Below, one piece after another: positions 61,602 to 64,000 of a stretch of 64,000 nucleotides of DNA. Position 1 is the stretch's first letter, and the number at the start of each line of letters is the position of its first letter. Under the pieces are notes generated by a model. The model had not been told where the DNA came from. It saw nothing but the letters and a program-made list of their open reading frames with translations, and searched no databases. This stretch comes from an uncultured Fibrobacterota bacterium (GTDB lineage Bacteria; Fibrobacterota; Chitinivibrionia; Chitinivibrionales; FEN-1185). Both the position numbers and the translations under genes were made by a program. The DNA lies in assembly GCA_963753345.1 (NCBI GenBank), contig CAVWBU010000047.1, forward strand, positions 128,001 through 192,000. Direction: 5' to 3'.

Positions 61602-62666
61602 ATGAATATTAATGAAGAATCAAGAAAGCCCTTGGAAAACGAAAGAAGAGAAAAACTCAGAAGAGAGAAGCCGTTGGTGTATGAGAAAATAATGGAATAT
61701 GATTCAAAAATTGCGCGGGGGGAATGTACTGCGATTATAGATTTTTGTTTTGATTACAAATGCAATTTGAAATGCGCTCATTGCAGTAATAGTGAATTCG
61801 CCAAAAAAGAAAGAGCGCTGACCATCAGTGATTTGAATAATTTTACGAAACAGGCCGATGAACTAGGCCTGGCGCAATTCAATATTTCTGGAGGCGAGCC
61901 TTTGTGTTTTGATAATTTAGACGAAATAATACGCGCCCTTGACCCTTTGCGCTTCCATATAGCAATGAGTTCCAATGGACTCTTGTTGACACGGGAAAAA
62001 GCAAAACATCTAAAAGAAATTGGGCTTGACAAGATAAGGATTAGTCTGGATAGTATTGAAGAAAACGTCCACAACAAAAGCAGAAACCAAAAAGGAGTGT
62101 ATTCAAAGGCTATTGCCGCCCTTTTTTATGCAAAGGAAGCTGGTTTGCAGGTGGGAATAAATACCGTCATAAGCCATCAGAATTGCAGAACCGAGTCAAC
62201 GGAAAAACTGGCAAAATATGCAAATGACAATGGTTTCAACCTTGACGTGTTCATCGCTCGCGCCATTGGGCGATGGGAGGGCAGGGAAGATGTTTTAATC
62301 GACGAAGAAGACGCAAAACACCTGATAGATCTCAGAAATAAATACCCGGTGGTGCACAGAGATGTGTTCCCGACCTATAATCAAAACAGAGGTTGTGGAA
62401 CAGTGAAACACATCCTGCATTTGACGAAATATGGCGATATTCTGCCATGTGCATTCATTCACATTTCTCTTGGAAACATTTTCGAAGAACCGTTGAAAGA
62501 CGTTATCAACCGGGGATTGAAAATAAAACATTTTCACGAATATAACCCAAAGTGTTTGTCCGGGGAGGATAGACTTTTTATTGGAAAATATATGACAAAA
62601 TTCTATGGAAAACCTCTCCCTGTTCCTTACTGCGAAGTGTTTACCAAAGATGATTTCTGCGAATAA
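61602..62666 (+). CDS. Radical SAM/SPASM-twitch protein
   Basis: CNLKCAHC, SGGEP, GC..GDILPC..SLGN. Confidence 0.9.
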   Translation: MNINEESRKPLENERREKLRREKPLVYEKIMEYDSKIARGECTAIIDFCFDYKCNLKCAHCSNSEFAKKERALTISDLNNFTKQADELGLAQFNISGGEPLCFDNLDEIIRALDPLRFHIAMSSNGLLLTREKAKHLKEIGLDKIRISLDSIEENVHNKSRNQKGVYSKAIAALFYAKEAGLQVGINTVISHQNCRTESTEKLAKYANDNGFNLDVFIARAIGRWEGREDVLIDEEDAKHLIDLRNKYPVVHRDVFPTYNQNRGCGTVKHILHLTKYGDILPCAFIHISLGNIFEEPLKDVINRGLKIKHFHEYNPKCLSGEDRLFIGKYMTKFYGKPLPVPYCEVFTKDDFCE

Positions 62667-63726
62667 TTTGACACTGTGCTTGGGACCGGTTCCAGAAGGA
62701 CTGCCGGAAGATCTATTCGACAGTCGGATCCGTTGCTACCATTGCGGATTGGAAAGAATGCCACCCGAAAGTGTGTCAGGATTTTCTCTTTTATGCGAAG
62801 TAAACGGCGTGCATACATTTTCAAAACGCACTTTTTCGTTGTACCGTTGTGAAACGTGTGGAATGGGAGTGACATTTCCACGAATTGCTGAACGATATAT
62901 TCCCATCTTGTATGAAAATCATGCTACGATACCGTTTTCAGAAGAAGAAGGGATTGTTGATAATGTTCGGAAACTTTTTTTTCTTTTGGAAGCGCGATGG
63001 TGGTTGAAGCGCATTGGCACGATTGGCAATTTTTCCGGAGATGGTGTACAGTTCCGCATACTTGATTTTGGGACAGGCAGCGGGATGAATGCAATAGCGT
63101 TTGCACGTGTTTTGAAAGACCGTGGCAGGGTGTGGGCCACAGATTTTGCAACGCAAACTCCTCCACGGCTGTTGGAGAGCACGCAGGTATCGTATATCCC
63201 TTATGAATTGTTGGAAAAATCAGATCAGAAGTTTGATTGCATACATGTGCGAAATACGCTCGAACATGCATCGAATCCGTTGTTGCTTTTGTCGCGGCTG
63301 CGAGAATCGCTTTCTACGGGAGGTTCGTTGCTCATTGAAGTTCCGAGTTTGTTTCCTGCGCTGCATCCTTTTACCATGCGCCATTTTCAAGAACTGTTTC
63401 AATCGAATCTGCCCTACCATTACTATTTTTTTACTCCAGAATCAATGCGTGTCTTGTTGCTGCGCGCCGGTTTCTCTTCAGAGATTCGGACAATGGATAT
63501 TCCCGTTATCGGGCGCATGCTGCAGGCGCGGACAGGAAGTTTATTCAAGGGGCGGAGGTATCTTCTGTTGTTCGCGATAGGGATTCTTCTGTACCCTTTG
63601 CAGTGGTTGTATGTCCGATTGGTTGGAAGTTATCCCGTGATCAGGGCCCTTGCACGGAAGATTGACGATATGGAAATCACGTCGCCTCTTCAGCAAATAC
63701 ATCGTAAAAATGGTTCTGCTATATGA
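62650..63726 (+). CDS. Class I SAM-dependent methyltransferase with N-terminal Zn-binding motifs
   Basis: CYHC, CETC, LDFGTGSG, LEH, IEVP. Confidence 0.85.
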   Translation: MISANNLTLCLGPVPEGLPEDLFDSRIRCYHCGLERMPPESVSGFSLLCEVNGVHTFSKRTFSLYRCETCGMGVTFPRIAERYIPILYENHATIPFSEEEGIVDNVRKLFFLLEARWWLKRIGTIGNFSGDGVQFRILDFGTGSGMNAIAFARVLKDRGRVWATDFATQTPPRLLESTQVSYIPYELLEKSDQKFDCIHVRNTLEHASNPLLLLSRLRESLSTGGSLLIEVPSLFPALHPFTMRHFQELFQSNLPYHYYFFTPESMRVLLLRAGFSSEIRTMDIPVIGRMLQARTGSLFKGRRYLLLFAIGILLYPLQWLYVRLVGSYPVIRALARKIDDMEITSPLQQIHRKNGSAI

Positions 63727-64000
63727 AAAAACCATATCTCAGTAATTCCGGTTTGTTGAATTTAAAGGAGGCGTTTTGGCTGTCGTTGGCTTCCCCCCAT
63801 TTCGCTTGCACCAATTTTAGAGATAAGCTTTCAGGAAAAAAGCAGATTCCGTTTCCTCGCTTTATAGACTTGCATTTAACCGACAATTGCAACTTTGCGT
63901 GTCCGATGTGTTCAGTCGCCGAGATTAGAAAATCGCATTTAAGCGCCGGGTTTCAGCAGATGCCGATTGAAATTATTAATAACTTGGCAAAAGAAGCCAG
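63723..64000 (+). CDS. Radical SAM protein (partial, runs off window)
   Basis: Not in ORF track; MKKPYLS..LHLTDNCNFACPMC. Confidence 0.85.
   Translation, partial: MKKPYLSNSGLLNLKEAFWLSLASPHFACTNFRDKLSGKKQIPFPRFIDLHLTDNCNFACPMCSVAEIRKSHLSAGFQQMPIEIINNLAKEA

Overview
Replication-origin region of a GC-rich diderm bacterium, most likely Fibrobacterota/Chitinivibrionia-like. This is inferred from a TIGR02171-like protein, many T9SS-type C-terminal sorting domains, and sigma70-type TTGACA promoters with Shine-Dalgarno sites rather than Bacteroidota-type promoters. Left part: lolA-ftsK, tRNA-Asn, a ~14 kb cluster of secreted and lipoprotein genes (mostly polysaccharide-related, T9SS-tailed) next to a lipoprotein glutaminyl cyclase, then larB, dusB, a PAC2 gene and a DegT aminotransferase. 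Centre: dnaN-dnaA divergent from rpmH-rnpA-yidD-yidC-mnmE-mnmG-rsmG-parA-parB-M23-bactofilin, with a candidate oriC and two parS sites. Right part: pyrF, murA (Cys->Asp type), an orphan T6SS ClpV/TssH, tRNA-Ile2, a heptose kinase, a PilGHI/Xap-like ABC module and the start of a surface-glycan locus (rfbF, rfbG, SDR, NeuB-like synthase, KdsC-like phosphatase, ThDP enzyme, methyltransferases, radical SAMs). Best leads: (1) a possible route to a long-chain C4-branched sugar using an ulosonic acid as ThDP donor; (2) a Q-rule/pyroglutamate signature beside a glutaminyl cyclase outside Bacteroidota; (3) an unannotated structured RNA at ~18.5 kb; (4) an uncharacterised clan-GH-A-like paralog pair; (5) three IS200/IS605-like non-autonomous elements. 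Several genes carry indels that look like long-read errors. All assignments come from motif recognition by eye, not database searches.
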